Source: Haliotis rubra (lineage: Eukaryota). Taken from it: a DNA stretch of 64,000 nucleotides. The notes beneath the pieces are model-generated. The model saw only the letters and a list, made by a program, of their open reading frames with translations, was not told where the DNA came from and ran no database searches. The stretch covers positions 682,001-746,000 of the forward strand of contig NW_025765736.1 of the NCBI RefSeq assembly GCF_003918875.1, in the 5' to 3' direction. This document shows, piece after piece, positions 24,049 to 38,143 of this stretch. The position numbers and the translations under genes are program-made. Position 1 is the first letter of the stretch, and each line of letters begins with the position of its first letter.

Positions 24049-27000
24049 ATGGCGTCGAAGGAATTCCTGTATAAGATGGTACAGTTTGAAACCAGAGAGG
24101 AGAACTACTCTATGCCGGAGTTCTTTGACCGGTTCTCACAGAAGTTACCAGTATTCGTTATAGTCACACAGGGGTGTTACGGCTTTACAGACCTCGAAAC
24201 CTTCTCCGCTGAACAGGCAAGTTTCTGTTTCTGTAATTCTGTGGTTAACACGTTGGACGTCTATGTATTCTGTGCTGAACACGTAAGGCATTTATATATT
24301 AATGTGATTGTAATATATATGTTTGACAGGTAAATCGATATGTTTATACTACTGAACATGTAAGGTCTCTATACATTCTCATTTGAACAGGTTAATCGTC
24401 TTTACCTTCTCTGTTGAACAGGTAAGGCGTCTATATATTTATACAGCTGAGCATGTAAGGCATTTATACATTCTTACATGGACAGGTAGATCGTCTTTAC
24501 GTTCTCTGTGGAACAGGAAAGGTGTCTGCATATTTATACTGCTGAACATGTAAGGCGTTTATACTCTTACATGGACAGGTAGATCGTCTTAACGTTCTCT
24601 GTGGAACAGGTAAGGTGTCTGAGTTAAGATTTTATCGGCAGTATTACTCGTATCGTGACTCAACGTTTGTTTGATCTCACGGCATTCTAAATGGCGTTTT
24701 GAGATACATTTTTCTATTGACTATTGAAACCTTATCATTTCTCTCCCCATTAGGCTCTGTTCTGCCACAGCTACGTCAAACAGAGGCGGGTGGTCGCGCG
24801 GGACTCACGTGGCAGGACAATCAGCATCCCCGAGGAGTACCCCATGAAGTTCAAGATCGTCATATCCAGACAAAAGAGTATGTGATAGACAGTGAATATG
24901 GATTTAAACCACTGTTAATAATATCATAATATAATACACCAACAATGTCATGGCGGCTGACGCCAGAAACGGGCTTCACGCACTCCAGTACCCACGTGGA
25001 GAATTCAACCCCAATTTTCGATGTACGTTGTAAGTGCTAGGCTACGTCATCGCCAAAGACGTAATGACGGTCACGGTGGGCTGTTTAATTACGAGTTTCC
25101 AGACCTTCGCCAGGTGGGAATCTGTGCGTAATATATATCTATGGACAACCGCGATGGTTTTAAAAGTCCAGTGCACCTAGAATCTAACGAATTCAACGAG
25201 ATCCAGGTTCTGGGATTTAGACTCATGCTTACATGAATTATGTTCCTTCCAGCTATTCTAGTCGTCCATGCGAAAATGAGTATAATCATAATAGATAGTG
25301 AGTGATCTGGGTGTAACGCATTTTTTAACAGTTATATCACGGTTTATCAGCTGAATGTTGGGTAAAGGTATTGTTGGTGTGTTACATGAGCCTTCGATCT
25401 CATACCGGTCATAACCACAATATGATATTCCTGTTCTTCCATCGCACCAAGGGGCGGTGGGGTAGCCTAGTGGTTAGAGCGTTCGCCCGTCACGCTGAAG
25501 TCCCTGAGTTCGATTCCCCACATGGGTACAATGTACGAAGCCAATTTCTGGTGTTCCCCGCCGTGATATTACTGCAATATTGCTAACGGCGTAAAACGTT
25601 CCCGCATGCACTTTTACACAAATTCTAACATCCTCACAAACGATCGCACGCACACAAAAACAAACACACACATTGATACAAACACCAACGTTCAAACAAA
25701 CACAAATCACGCACACAAACACACGTTGATTCAAATGCCAACATCCTCCCTCACGATCTCTAACGCACACACACACATACGCAGAATCGCTGATATACAT
25801 GATAACATCCTGACAACCGTTCCAGCACACAAACACACATCACGCAAACACGTTGATACAAATACGAGCACTCTCTCTCAAACGATCGCAGGCACGCTCA
25901 CGCACAGACACACATACGTGCGCGCGGGCGTGTCCACGTCCACATCCATATCCTATTTCCACGGCCACATCCACGTCCACATCCACGTCTATCAGGCCTT
26001 CTTCATTTTAATATCATGTGATGGTATCAAATGTGACACTATCAAATGATGTGTCCCCCCAAACCCTTGTTTCAGTGGGACCAGAACAGACGATGAAACA
26101 GATCCTCCTTGAGAACAAATTGCCAGTCCAGGTCAGGTTTTCCGCCCCAGCTAACGTCGCCTTTTACATCGGATCTGATGAACAGAAGGCCAAGGACCTC
26201 AGTAATCTCGCCCTGTCACACATCTACGAGGAGACCTTCATCATAGCCAATGGAGTCTACGGGCGTAAGTCTTAATCATTTGTTGAGACAGAAGGCGTCG
26301 GGAGAAGTCAGTAAGGAGGCATAAGACCCTGCAGACCAATACTGGTTGGCATCATCATGGCTTCTGTAGACGAGAGCCTTGATAGCAGCCCTCTGGATCC
26401 AGAACCGCCCCTGACAATGATAGAAAGAGTCAGGATTCCGAACTGTTACGGGACGTTGGCGCAGACGAACAACGTATCCCAGGGAGGTTCTGTTGAATAG
26501 AAGTTAGCTATCCATGGTAGTTTCCGACCATCACTATCATTAAAAACATTCAAATTGTTGACTACACGGAAAACGTACGTACGGGTGATAGTATCATCAT
26601 GATGGTTAATTGTTGGTGAACAATGCTAGCATGGGTGAAGAGAAGATTTCTGCCCTTACCAGGTTTATGTACGTACGAGCATTCTGAATTTTCAAATCGA
26701 GAATAATTGAAATTTTGTTCATATGATCAGTGATTCAATACGGGTATTCCCAAGGCTAGGGGATGGTAGCCTAGTAGTTAAAGCGTTTGTGCATCATGCC
26801 ACAAACCCGGGTTCGATTCCCATCATGGGCACTGTGCACGAAGCGCATTCCTAGTGTCCCCCACCGTGTAATAGTGGGATTATCGCTAAACGCGCCGTAA
26901 AACTCACTTACTCACTCATTCTCCAGGGTCCGTGGACATGAGTCCGGTGGTGGTGCCGCTGTACATTGATGATCTGTGTGTGTCCACGGTGAAGGGCGTC

Positions 27001-28201
27001 GTCGCGATGGGGGAGGAGGAGTGGAAGACCCTGTATTCTCAACTGAAAGCGTCGCTGAAAGACGTCAAGATTCCTCCCAACATGGGGAATAAAGGTAAGA
27101 ACATAATCTGTCACTGATGGTGCCACCAAGAAGCCAAGCTCTGATTTAAACTATGCAGTATATACAATTCAGTCCAACACCACTCGAGAAGTTGTTGAAA
27201 GAGAACCCATACTTGTCGTAAGAGGCGACTAACGGGATCGGGTGGTCAGGCTTGCTGACTTGGATGACCCATGTCATCTAATCCCAACTACATATATCTC
27301 ATGATGGTGATCACTTGATATTGCTGGAGTATTGCTGAGTGCGGCGTTAAACAAGAAACAAACAGAATGTTGTAAGAGGTAAGTGCTTCTTTTAATTAAC
27401 TGAATTCAAGTTAGGACCTGAATAACTAAAATCACTGAGTTGGTTCAAGTTTAACCAAGGCAGATGTCAACCTATAACGAATATGCACGCACTATGTATT
27501 AGATTAAATGAAGTTTGTAGTAAATGTTGGTATACTGTACGGGGTTATTATGTATTTCAGAGATAGCAGTGTTTTCGGACAGCTCCGTGGTAGATAAAGA
27601 GGACCACATCTATTCCTACATAGAGCCTTCAGAATACATCACATTCTCTCTCCTGTCACAAGGCAACGCTACTGATGATGAAAAGTATGCTGCTCCATAC
27701 TTCCACAAGAGATATCCACCCAAAGGATCCATGATATCCGAGCTACAGAAAAAACTAACCAAAACCAAAACCAAAGATGATGCACAAAGATGGAGTGTAA
27801 CAAAAGTCACTAGGAGTGTCAGTACAAGCAGTCAGGATACCAGCAGCAAACCGAAACTTCCCCCACGATCGAGTTCAGTTTCTATGGATGCAGGCGCCAT
27901 CAATGAGAGCAAAGTGCAGGGGACAGAAAGTGACGACGCCTCTACTCCTCAGCTTCCACCGCGCAGTGGTAAAACCAAAGTACTGCCCAGTCATCTAAAA
28001 GACCTGACAATAGAGGGTATGTCAAAAACTCTCAGGTCAATAAAACTGGACAAACATGTTTCAAAATTTCAAAAGAAACAGGTAGATGGGCTAATCGCCA
28101 ACGATTTTACTGCAGAAATGTTGAAAAGTGAATTTAAGTTCACAGATTTTGAAATTGTCAAACTTATGTCATTCATTGATACTGGCCACATTCCACGGTG
28201 A
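24049..28201 (+). CDS. CABIT-domain / proline-rich / SAM-domain adaptor (GAREM/THEMIS-like), paralog 2; intact, 429 aa
   Basis: Exons 24049-24216 (GC donor), 24754-24877, 26076-26264, 26927-27094, 27561-28201 sum to 1290 nt in an open frame. Internal exon sizes match paralog 1 (124/189/168). Contains HIYSYI tyrosine motif, PKLPPR/PQLPPR and a SAM-like C-terminus. Confidence 0.88.
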
Positions 28202-29220
28202 ATTTTGTCTTCTGTCAAGTCATTCTTCAGTTTTCAGATATGAATTTGGTCTTCTGTCAAGTCATTCTTTAGTCTTTTAGATATGAATTTCGTCTTCTGT
28301 CAAGTCATTCTTTAGTCTTTCAGATATGAATTTCGTCTTCTGTCAAGTCATTCTTCAGTCTTTCAGATATGAATCTAAACTTGTGTCAAGTCATTCTTCA
28401 GTCTTTCAGATATGAATTTGGTCTTCTGTCAAGTCATTCTTTAGTCTTTTAGATATGAATTTGGACTTGTGTCAAGGCATTCTTTAGTCTTTCAGATATG
28501 AATTTCGTCTTCTGTGAAGTCATTCTTTAGTCTTTTAGATATGAATTTCGTCTTCTGTCAAGTCATTCTTCAGTCTTTCAGATATGAATCTAAACTTGTG
28601 TCAAGTCATTCTTCAGTCTTTCAGATATGAATTTGGTCTTCTGTCAAGTCATTCTTTAGTCTTTTAGATATGAATTTGGACTTGTGTCAAGGCATTCTTT
28701 AGTCTTTCAGATATGAATTTCGTCTTCTGTCAAGTCATTCTTCAGTCTTTCAGATATGAATCTAAACTTGTGTCAAGTCATTCTTCAGTCTTTCAGATAT
28801 GAATTTGGTCTTCTGTCAAGTCATTCTTTAGTCTTTTAGATATGAATTTGGACTTGTGTCAAGGCATTCTTTAGTCTTTCAGATATGAATTTCGTCTTCT
28901 GTCAAGTCATTCTTCAGTCTTTCAGATATGAATCTAAACTTGTGTCAAGTCATTCTTCAGTCTTTCAGATATGAATTTGGTCTTCTGTCAAGTCATTCTT
29001 TAGTCTTTTAGATATGAATTTGGACTTGTGTCAAGGCATTCTTTAGTCTTTCAGATATGAATTTCGTCTTCTGTGAAGTCATTCTTTAGTCTTTTAGATA
29101 TGAATTTGGACTTGTGTCAAGTCATTCTTTAGTCTTTCAGATATGAATTTGGACTTGTGTCAAGGCATTCTTTAGTCTTTCAGATATGAATTTGGACTTC
29201 TCAAGTCATTCTTTAGTCTT
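28199..29220. repeat. 43-bp minisatellite with 4-unit higher-order pattern, starting at the stop codon of paralog 2
   Basis: TGAATTTCGTCTTCTGTCAAGTCATTCTTTAGTCTTTCAGATA units; variants cycle TTCGTC / TCTAAAC / TTGGTC / TTGGAC. Confidence 0.95.
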
Positions 29221-29998
29221 TCGGGCCGGTTGGGTAGCTTAGTGGTTAAAGCGTTCGCTCGACCCTGGTTCGATTCCCCACATGGGTACATTGTGTGAAA
29301 CCCATTTCCGCCGTGATATTGGAATATCGCTAAAAGCGGCGTAAAAACAAACTCTCTCACTCACATTAGTCTTTCGTATGATTATGCTTTAGTCTGATTA
29401 GCACAAATACAAAAGACTGTAAGGTAATGCCGACTTTTCCCGTGTGTTTTATAGTGTGATTATGTTAAATTATCTAATTAGTACAAACACATGAACATAC
29501 ATCTCATCTGACATTATAGCATCAATAAGCACATACAAGCACAGATCCGTCTTGGTTGTACATGACACGAACGTTTAATTCTAATTGCCTTGACAAGATA
29601 GAATCACAATTAACAAGAAACCAAGGGCGCAGTTTAGTCTTCCCGAGTCATTTCAATCCACATCTTTGTGGTGCGAACACAGTTTCACAATTAAATCTTG
29701 TTGATGTATGTGGTTGTTTTTCAGCAAATGCATCGACCATTAAGCGTTCCGCTCACACGAATTAAAGGTCTGTTTGGTTGAACAAATAGACAAACATTAA
29801 TGGCTTGAGCAGGAGATAAATTGTGTTCATATAATTAAGTAATAAATATAATTATTGTCAACGCTTTTCATTTTTTTATATGTTCTGTAAATAACACATT
29901 ATTATGTTGAACGAGGCAATCAAGGTAAATGGCTGTCTGCTTTGTATTGAGAAACATGACAAATAACACTACTCACACAATGTGCATGCTGAAGAATG

Positions 29999-30420
29999 TA
30001 AACTCTTCAAAAAAAAGAAACGCATAGGCCAAAAATATGGAAATGTATTAAACGTATTTAAGTGACTGTACATAAGTCGATTAAGCTTGAACATAGCTAA
30101 AGGAAATTCGACACACGGCTGAACATATGTATTTTGTCATTGTGAGCATTAATTCAGTTCACTCACTGCACGTGTGAACACATGGGGGCGTTCAGGTCAG
30201 TACATGGTGACGCCACACCTTGCAGCCGTCAATGCTCGACACAGATATTTGCTTGGTCGCCATTCCTCCTGCAAGGCGTTGGCAAGTACTGCAAGTGTCT
30301 GAGGATGATGATGACGTTTACGGACACATCGATCAAGTTCGTTCAATAGATGCTCGATCGAGTTCAGATCAGGGGATTTGGAAGGCCTGGGAAGGACAAT
30401 GACGTTTGCATTGGCGAGAT
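29999..30420 (-). mobile_element. Tc1 3' remnant
   Basis: Minus strand reads PSKSPDLNSIEHLLNELDR (SPDLNPIE motif); TIR-like TAAACTCTTCAAAAAAAAGAAAC. Confidence 0.7.
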
Positions 30421-31760
30421 AGGCACCTGTTACACGAGGTTGAATTTTCTTTATGTTGTAATTTCATTATTTCAGGCCGACGTTTATACGTATACACTCC
30501 GATGAACTTAATCACCGGACATTTTTTCAAAGTAAAGTAAAATATAAAACTTCAGCATGTTAGATCTGCTATCCGAATATGTTGGAGCATCGATGTCACT
30601 CGCGTACTGTTCTAAAGCAGATTCCCAGCGGTAACTCTCCTAGCCATGCCATCTATCTAGTAGTTCATAATAATACTCATGAATATTCTATGACACTAAA
30701 GAATGCTTACTGACTGTGACACGATTTGTATATCTGATCATTGTGATTCACGATGCAGAAAAACAAAAAGTCAATGGTCGCTTTCCCATATATTAAATAA
30801 CTTAATAAAAGGATATCAACATATCAATGAAACGTTTGAGTGGAACACCGATATCAAAATGCCATCTGATTGCCATGTTCGTCTACAGAAGCACTTCCTC
30901 GGCGCTGACTTGGTAGTCCCCAAGCTTCTATCTTGCCTGATTCCTGTACAACGTAAAATCATGGACATTCGTTATAATTTTCTAAATACCTTAGACGTTT
31001 ATATTTACAGCTGTAGATGGGGGCCTTTTCTGTATGGCGTATATTGTCAGCAGTTCTTCCTCAATCTTGTAACCTACGGATGTTTCATTTCTACGTGTAT
31101 GCGAGAAAAGCAGGTTTTGTATAAATCGGCTCAATAGGCTATGAATAGAATACATGTTCTCCATTGGATTGTTTGTATGTTTAACGCAGCACTCAGCAAT
31201 ATGTCAGTTATATGTCTATACATAATCGAGTCTGGACCAGCCAATACAGTGATTGACATGGAATGCATCAACCAAGTCCGCGAGCCTGACCACCCGATCC
31301 CGTCGGTCGCCTGACCAATTGTAACCCGGATCTTCAGTAACCCATGCTTGTCCTAAGAGGCGAGTAATGGGATCGGGTGCTCAGACTCGCTCACTTGGTT
31401 GATGTACAGACTGCCGCCATATAGCTGGAATATTGCTGAGTGCGGCGTTCAACACCACGCCAAACCAAACCATAAGCACGACTCAGTTTGTTAGTTTATA
31501 TTGATCTATATTTGATCGTATAACAGCAGATCTCTTAAAAATGAAAAAGCGTTTTAAGGTCTAAATTAAGTCACGCTCGAACTTACCAACATGATACAGA
31601 AAAATCTTCATAGAGCGCGGTTGAGGAAAATTTTGTACATAGCAATATTTTCGAAAAAATGATAGTTCATTTTTTTTTAAAAACAATTTTCCAGTGATGA
31701 AACAGGCTTAATGTATTACACAACAAGCCTGTGTAACGGATTGTTAAACTGTTAGGCAAA

Positions 31761-31794
<34 letters not shown>

Positions 31795-32861
31795 ACGCAC
31801 ACACACACACACAGACAGAGTTCAGCAACTTCAAATGATACGTTTGTAAATGTTTTGGTCAGATCCACTTTTCAAAGGTGTACTTTCTTCTGGCCTGCAA
31901 TGTATCTACATTGTATGATCTGTCATAGTGTTAGGAACATCTCTCGAAGTCATATATTTCCGGTGTTGTACCTGTACATTTATACTAGAGTATCTATAGC
32001 GTATCTTCTTCTCACATATACATCCACATTTGTATCTATATCTTAAGGTACCTTCGATTTTCTAAAAGCATGACATGCAGAAAATGCATATATCACCTCA
32101 ATCTGTATGGCCTTTGATCTGTAATATACGTGTGACTGAATCAATGGTAGATCCATGATGCTCTTTCTGAATATTATAGCATCTAGATTACAGCAACATA
32201 ATGGAAAACTCGAAAACACCATGGGCAACACAGGGCTGGATGCAACAGAATTTATCTTTCAAGCGCATACATGATGAATGGCATATTAATGACAACATGC
32301 TGTAATAAAGGCAAAACAGCTCAGGAATCAAAACGACTAAGAAGTGAAAACGATCAATCGTCAAAGCCAAAATGACCCAAACGGTATCCCCTTTTAAATT
32401 TTCCAAACCTGTTTGTTATATTATGCGACGGCCTCACACCTGACGTATTTTGCGCTGTGTACAATACTAAATGTAGCAGAGTATGTAGTAATAAATACTT
32501 TGTTCTTTCAGTTCACCTGACAACTATAGCTAGTTCATTAGAGAGAAAATGAAAGATGTAATATAAGTTCATTCTCAAACATTTTACTGCAAAGGATGAG
32601 TTTGACATGTTCGCCTTTTGAACGTGAGTCAGGAACTACGAAAGAGACCTGTTTTCATTTGTCATTACAGTATAAGAAGTAACACTGTAACATACCAACC
32701 AACCAGTTACCCCAATATAGGACAACTAAGGCAGAGAAGCCTGTAGTTCCCTGTAGCCGTTTTTACGACTTCTACTTGCCGTTTTGACTTTTTTCTATTG
32801 GCCGTTTTACCTTTAATTACTTTCAGTGGTCATCTTGACTCTACTCCAAGCAAACACACGA

Positions 32862-35365
32862 CTATGCAACTTTATATATACACGTGCACCGACGCACCCC
32901 ATTGTGCGGTTCTTCTACATAATGCCGGTCTGCCAATTTCCACAGACCACGGGATTCCAGGTCAGCTAGATTTGCTTTCATCACGTCGGTGTCGAAGATG
33001 TAGTCATAGTGGTTGATCAGGATGTAACCACCTGCAGGCATAAAGGAAAACCTTGTTGAGAGTGGATGAGTTCGGATGAACCCGGATATCGGATGATATC
33101 TCAGAAATAAATAGTCAGATTGCTGTTGGACGAACACTAAATCGAGGCGTATGCTTCATAGTTGAGAAAAAGTGTTGGTTTGGTGAAGTTTAACATGGCA
33201 CTATTAGGCCACCTAAAAATAAAAATTCTCATCACTTTTTAAAAAAATATGGGTCGGGCGAGCGGATTATATTTGTATATTTTATTTTATGTCTAAATTT
33301 TTGATTTATGTGTAAATTTAAACCTTTTCTCCAATAGAAAATTTTAAACTTAGAAGTGTGAAAAATTCATGAACATTTTGAGAGTCAAAATTGCATTTTC
33401 TCTATTGTAAAAATTCAAAAATATCTTAGGGTCGGGTCGAATGAGAAACAAGAATATTTTTATATATGGCCTTATCGTGCCATTTTAGAGCATTGGTTTG
33501 TGTAACGTAACTCCTGGCTTTTGAGAAACCCAAAACACCATGGTGTTTTGAAACGTACTGGTTATAGGCCAAAATACCTGATATTATGGGTAGTATGAAA
33601 CGTGATGTTTATGGTTCACAATACCTCCATGAAATTATGAAATGTAAAGGTTTATGAACTGAAATATACGTCATTATGAAACGTAAGACTTTTGGTCGCG
33701 TAAAATATATGATATTATCAAAAGTAATGACTTAAAGCCCCAACAGCTAGTGATTTGTGAAACGTAGTGGCTTATAACGGTTATTACTCTGCGATATATA
33801 GATGTAATGTTTAATACTCTATGATCTGTGGTTGTTATGAGACGTAATGCTCTATACTCTAGGTCCTTGATCTCCATGGCCTATACTCTATGATCTATGG
33901 TTGTTATGAGACGTAATGCTCTATACTCTATAGTTGTTATGAGACGTAATGCTCTATACTCTATAGTTGTTATGAGACGTAATGCTCTATACTCTATAGT
34001 TGTTATGAGACGTAATGCTCTATACTCTATGATCTATGGTTTTTATGAGACGTAATGCTCTATACTCTATGATCTATGGTTGTTATGAGACGTAATGCTC
34101 TATACTCTATAGTTGTTATGAGACGTAATGCTCTATACTCTATGATCTATGGTGTTTATTAAACGTAATGCTCTATACTCTATAGTTGTTATGAGACGTA
34201 ATGCTCTATACTCTATGATCTATAGTTGTTATGAGACGTAATGCTCTATACTCTATGATCTATTGTTTTTATTAAACGTAATGCTCTATACTCTATAGTA
34301 ATAGTTTATGCCCCACAATACCTGATATTATGAAAGGTAATATTTTTTGCCGTTTTGTATATGTCATAAACTGTTATACTGCAACAAGTTAACATAAGGT
34401 ATTAGACCTTTTGGGTCAAAGTGAAAACGCATCGGAACTGTCGATGTCGTTCTACCAACCTGACTTCGTGACTCGCACTAGCTCCTCATAACACTTGACG
34501 GACAGTTTCTTCAAGATCTCGGACGTCAGGCTGACTAATGTGAGCACCGTGTATGTGTCTGAAAGTACCAGAAATAAATGCACATGTTATACACAAACAC
34601 GACTAAAATAAGCCTGTGTTCGTAATAAACACCCTTGGAAACATTATATGTTGATATATAATATACACAACACATATCACGTTCATACAAACAGTTTCAA
34701 CAAACTGACAAAACATGCATAAACCCTAATATAAAATTATCATCGTGAAAAACAGGCAGATAGAGATTAATGCCAGAATATTTGTGGTTCATTTTATCTA
34801 CAGATGACTACTTTCTTAATCAGTTGGGCGGTGGGGTAGCCCGGTGGTTAAAGCGCTCGCTCGTCACGCCTAAGACCCAGGTTGGATTCAACACATGGGT
34901 ACAATGTGTGAAGCTTCCCAGTGTTCCCCGCCATGATCTTGCTGGAATATTGCTCAAAGCGGCGTGACTCTAAAGTCACTCACTCACTCTTCCACACTCA
35001 CATTATAAGCACTGTAGCCATTGTAAACTCCAACAAGTCTTCCCTTACCGTTAGCAATATCCAGTGTGTTGTCGCCTATAACGTCACAGATGTACCTCTG
35101 GTAGAGGTTATTTTTCCTGGCCTCTTCCAACATTCCTTCAGACGGATCCAGGGCGTCGATCTGTACAAACCCACGCTTCCTTGCCTGAAACAGAAAATCA
35201 CAAACTGTTTCAACACGTCACCGGTAAATATTCCATTCGAGGATGCACAAAAGCTGGCCATAGTGAATGTGGGTATAAGATTATATAATTTTGTAATCTC
35301 TACACAGTGTTTGGATACTGGAACAGTCAAACAATATTTCAGCTATATCCCGTAGACTGCAGGGG

Positions 35366-35401
<36 letters not shown>

Positions 35402-38143
35402 AAAGACGAAACGAAATCTACCTTACCATAACTACAATGTTATTTTGGTTTTCAATACTTTTCGTAAATTAAGCCCAACCCAACCCCACCCCACACCCCC
35501 AACCCCACCCCACCCCAACCCCACCCCCACCCCACAGAGAAACCATTAGCCGAATTAGCCAACACTTGACCCTAATATGACTTGGTTCTTGGGAAAACAT
35601 CGGGTACTAGTTATCTGTTATCAAATGCCCTCTACAACGCCACCGGCCCTCTGACAACGCCGTCTAAGATGTACACAGACTCTGCATGTATGACAAAACC
35701 TACCTCTACGGACACCAAACCAGTGCCTGCAGCAGCATCCAATATCCGAACATTTTCTCGGTTGCTGGGATACAGAGCAGACAGGGTGTCCGCAATCGAA
35801 GTTGGTGCCATGTAACGACGAACAATCTGCATCTGGAACAATACGTGGAGTAATTTGAATACATTGCTTTAACTGCTGTTTTAACAGATTACCTAACATC
35901 AAACTTATGAGCAGCTCTGGTTTAACATCACCCCCGTTTGAAGAAAAGATATAGCCATAGTACTGCAGTTATAAAACGGAAAGAAATACTCTGATAATAG
36001 GTACCACGACAACAAAATTAATAACACTTCCGTGTCAATGTCATCACTTCCGGATTGGGAAGTACCTGTTTAATGAAACGAGAAAAGATATAGTATATAG
36101 ATTTCTAAGATACCTAGCGGTTAGAACAATCGAAAAAAAATACATTATCAGACATTCTAAGATGCCTAGCGGTTAGAACAATCGAAAAATATACATCCTC
36201 AGACATTCTAAGATGCCTAGCGGTTAGAACAATCGAAAAAAAATACATTATCAGACATTGTATACCAAAAGTCACTGTGTTCTTTAATCTGATTGGTTGA
36301 TAAACATGACCAAATGGTATTCGATTCCCGGAAATTCGCTGCGTATTAATACATTCAAACATCGCTCACACCATTGTATTGTAACGTCGTCAGCGGAGAT
36401 GACGTCATTCAAATCATATTGTGACATAAAGTCCGAATGACGTCACAAATGAGCAGTTCCAGATGCCGAAACGGCCGGCTGATGACATTGCACTGCTTTA
36501 CCCGTACTCTATGTCAATGAGTGCAGACACAAAAACGTGTGTGGACCTTTTGGTTTACTTTTGTGTTTACAATGTCGATAAACATCATGTGTTGGCCAAT
36601 TTCCGGGTGTTATTGAGTATTTGAAGCACGGGAATACTCAGTAACACCCGGAAATTGGTCAACACATGATGTTTATCTCCTAAATAAAGGTATAGTTTTT
36701 TGATGACGTAACAATTGAATGACGTTATCCCGTCACTGCGCCATTCTAGTGTGCCCCCTCGTAATCGAACCATTTTACATTACGTCACAATGTAAGCGAC
36801 GTCACGATGCATGTCCGTTGTCATCGCCTCGTACGGCCTCCTACACATGTGCAGGAATCATGACCAAAGGCATCTTAGAAAAGAAATACAGTTCGCTCTA
36901 CCACCATGTATAGTGTAATAAAGCACACTGTCCTCGTACTTTAACTATAATAGTTCAGGGCGAAAGTGTGCTTTATTACACTATACATGGTGGTAGAACG
37001 AACTGTATTTCTTAAATAAGGCCTTTAGTTTCTGGTTCAGGGCCACCTACAGATGACAAATCCTTGACCTTCGGTCTGTGTGTTTTATGTGGATGGCTAT
37101 TGAATATAATATATTGTTAGCGATCGTCTATACCTTGTTGTACTCCTCGCTTTTCTCGTCGTACCTCTGGACGAGACTTTCATTATCTAGACCCTTTTCA
37201 ACCAGGAATTCCAGTAGTCTCTTCCCGTCATCCAGGGAGTAGCTAGTCCCATCCTTCTCTGAAGCTTGTCTAATGAGAGAACAAATTGTTTGAAAATATA
37301 ACTACTTGATTTTTGTTTGTTTATCTTTGTTGTTTAACGCCACGTTCAGGCAGTCTGCACCAGACAAACCACTGACTGGTACCATGAACATTGATCTTTG
37401 CATTCAGGAGACAAAACATTATAAACCATTCAGAGAGCCTAACCTTCTCATCCCGTTAGTCGCCTCTTAAGGCAGGCATGAGTTGCTGGAGACCGATCTT
37501 CATGGATCTAAGCTATAGTATTCGATGGGTGCGAGTAATTCAAAGTCACCTCGGCAATATTTCAGCCATATAGTGGCGAAAAAGGTTATGCATAAACAAT
37601 TTTTAAACAACAAGTCATCGAAACATGTGTAAAACGCTTGGTATATATGGATGTCAGTTAAAACAATTGCATCTGAATACTTACGTCACTTTATGTCTGT
37701 TATTTTAACTTACGAATAGTTTTAACGAAATTTAATGTCGGATGCCGTTAACATATCAGTGTGTGTAGTGTACACATGTGTTTGTAAATCAGCATTTGAT
37801 AAACAAATAAATTATTTTCTTCTCTTCTTCTTCATAGAACGGCGCATGTACATGCCGATGTTATTGAGCGCTAGCCCATAAAGATACCATGTCCCAGTTT
37901 TCCATGGATGCCCTAGTCATACACAGTTATTTAGTGACTGAATAGGAGACGAGTAGTCCTATGCATATAAACTAAAACGGGTATCGTCTTTTAACGTCTT
38001 CTGGTTTGATGCGACAAACAATCAAAACTTGACTCCTGAAAAAATCACCAGACGATATTATTTAAGGAAAATCGATGATATTATAGTGAAAAACGCTTCA
38101 TTTTTAAACCTGGTTGCGTCATTTACCTGTTCGTGTCCTCCAT
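32862..38143 (-). CDS. Class I SAM-dependent methyltransferase, METTL27/WBSCR27-like, 228 aa
   Basis: Exons 38143-38127, 37269-37134, 35832-35704, 35184-35049, 34558-34460, 33031-32862; GT-AG sites, phases consistent, 687 nt. Motif I RILDAAAGTGLV, post-I IDALDPSEGML, ELVRVTKSGGYI, N-terminal RYDEKSEEYN. Confidence 0.88.
33205..33474. mobile_element. AT-rich MITE
   Basis: TIR-like TTAGGCCAC...AAAATTCT / AGAATATTTTT...TGGCCTTA. Confidence 0.45.
33810..34300. repeat. Intronic minisatellite (GTTGTTATGAGACGTAATGCTCTATACTCTAT...)n
   Basis: Tandem array with two unit lengths (with or without GATCTAT). Confidence 0.9.
36880..37014. mobile_element. Long hairpin element
   Basis: AAGAAATACAGTTCG...AATAAAGCACACT / AGTGTGCTTTATT...CGAACTGTATTTCTT near-perfect arms. 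Confidence 0.6.
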
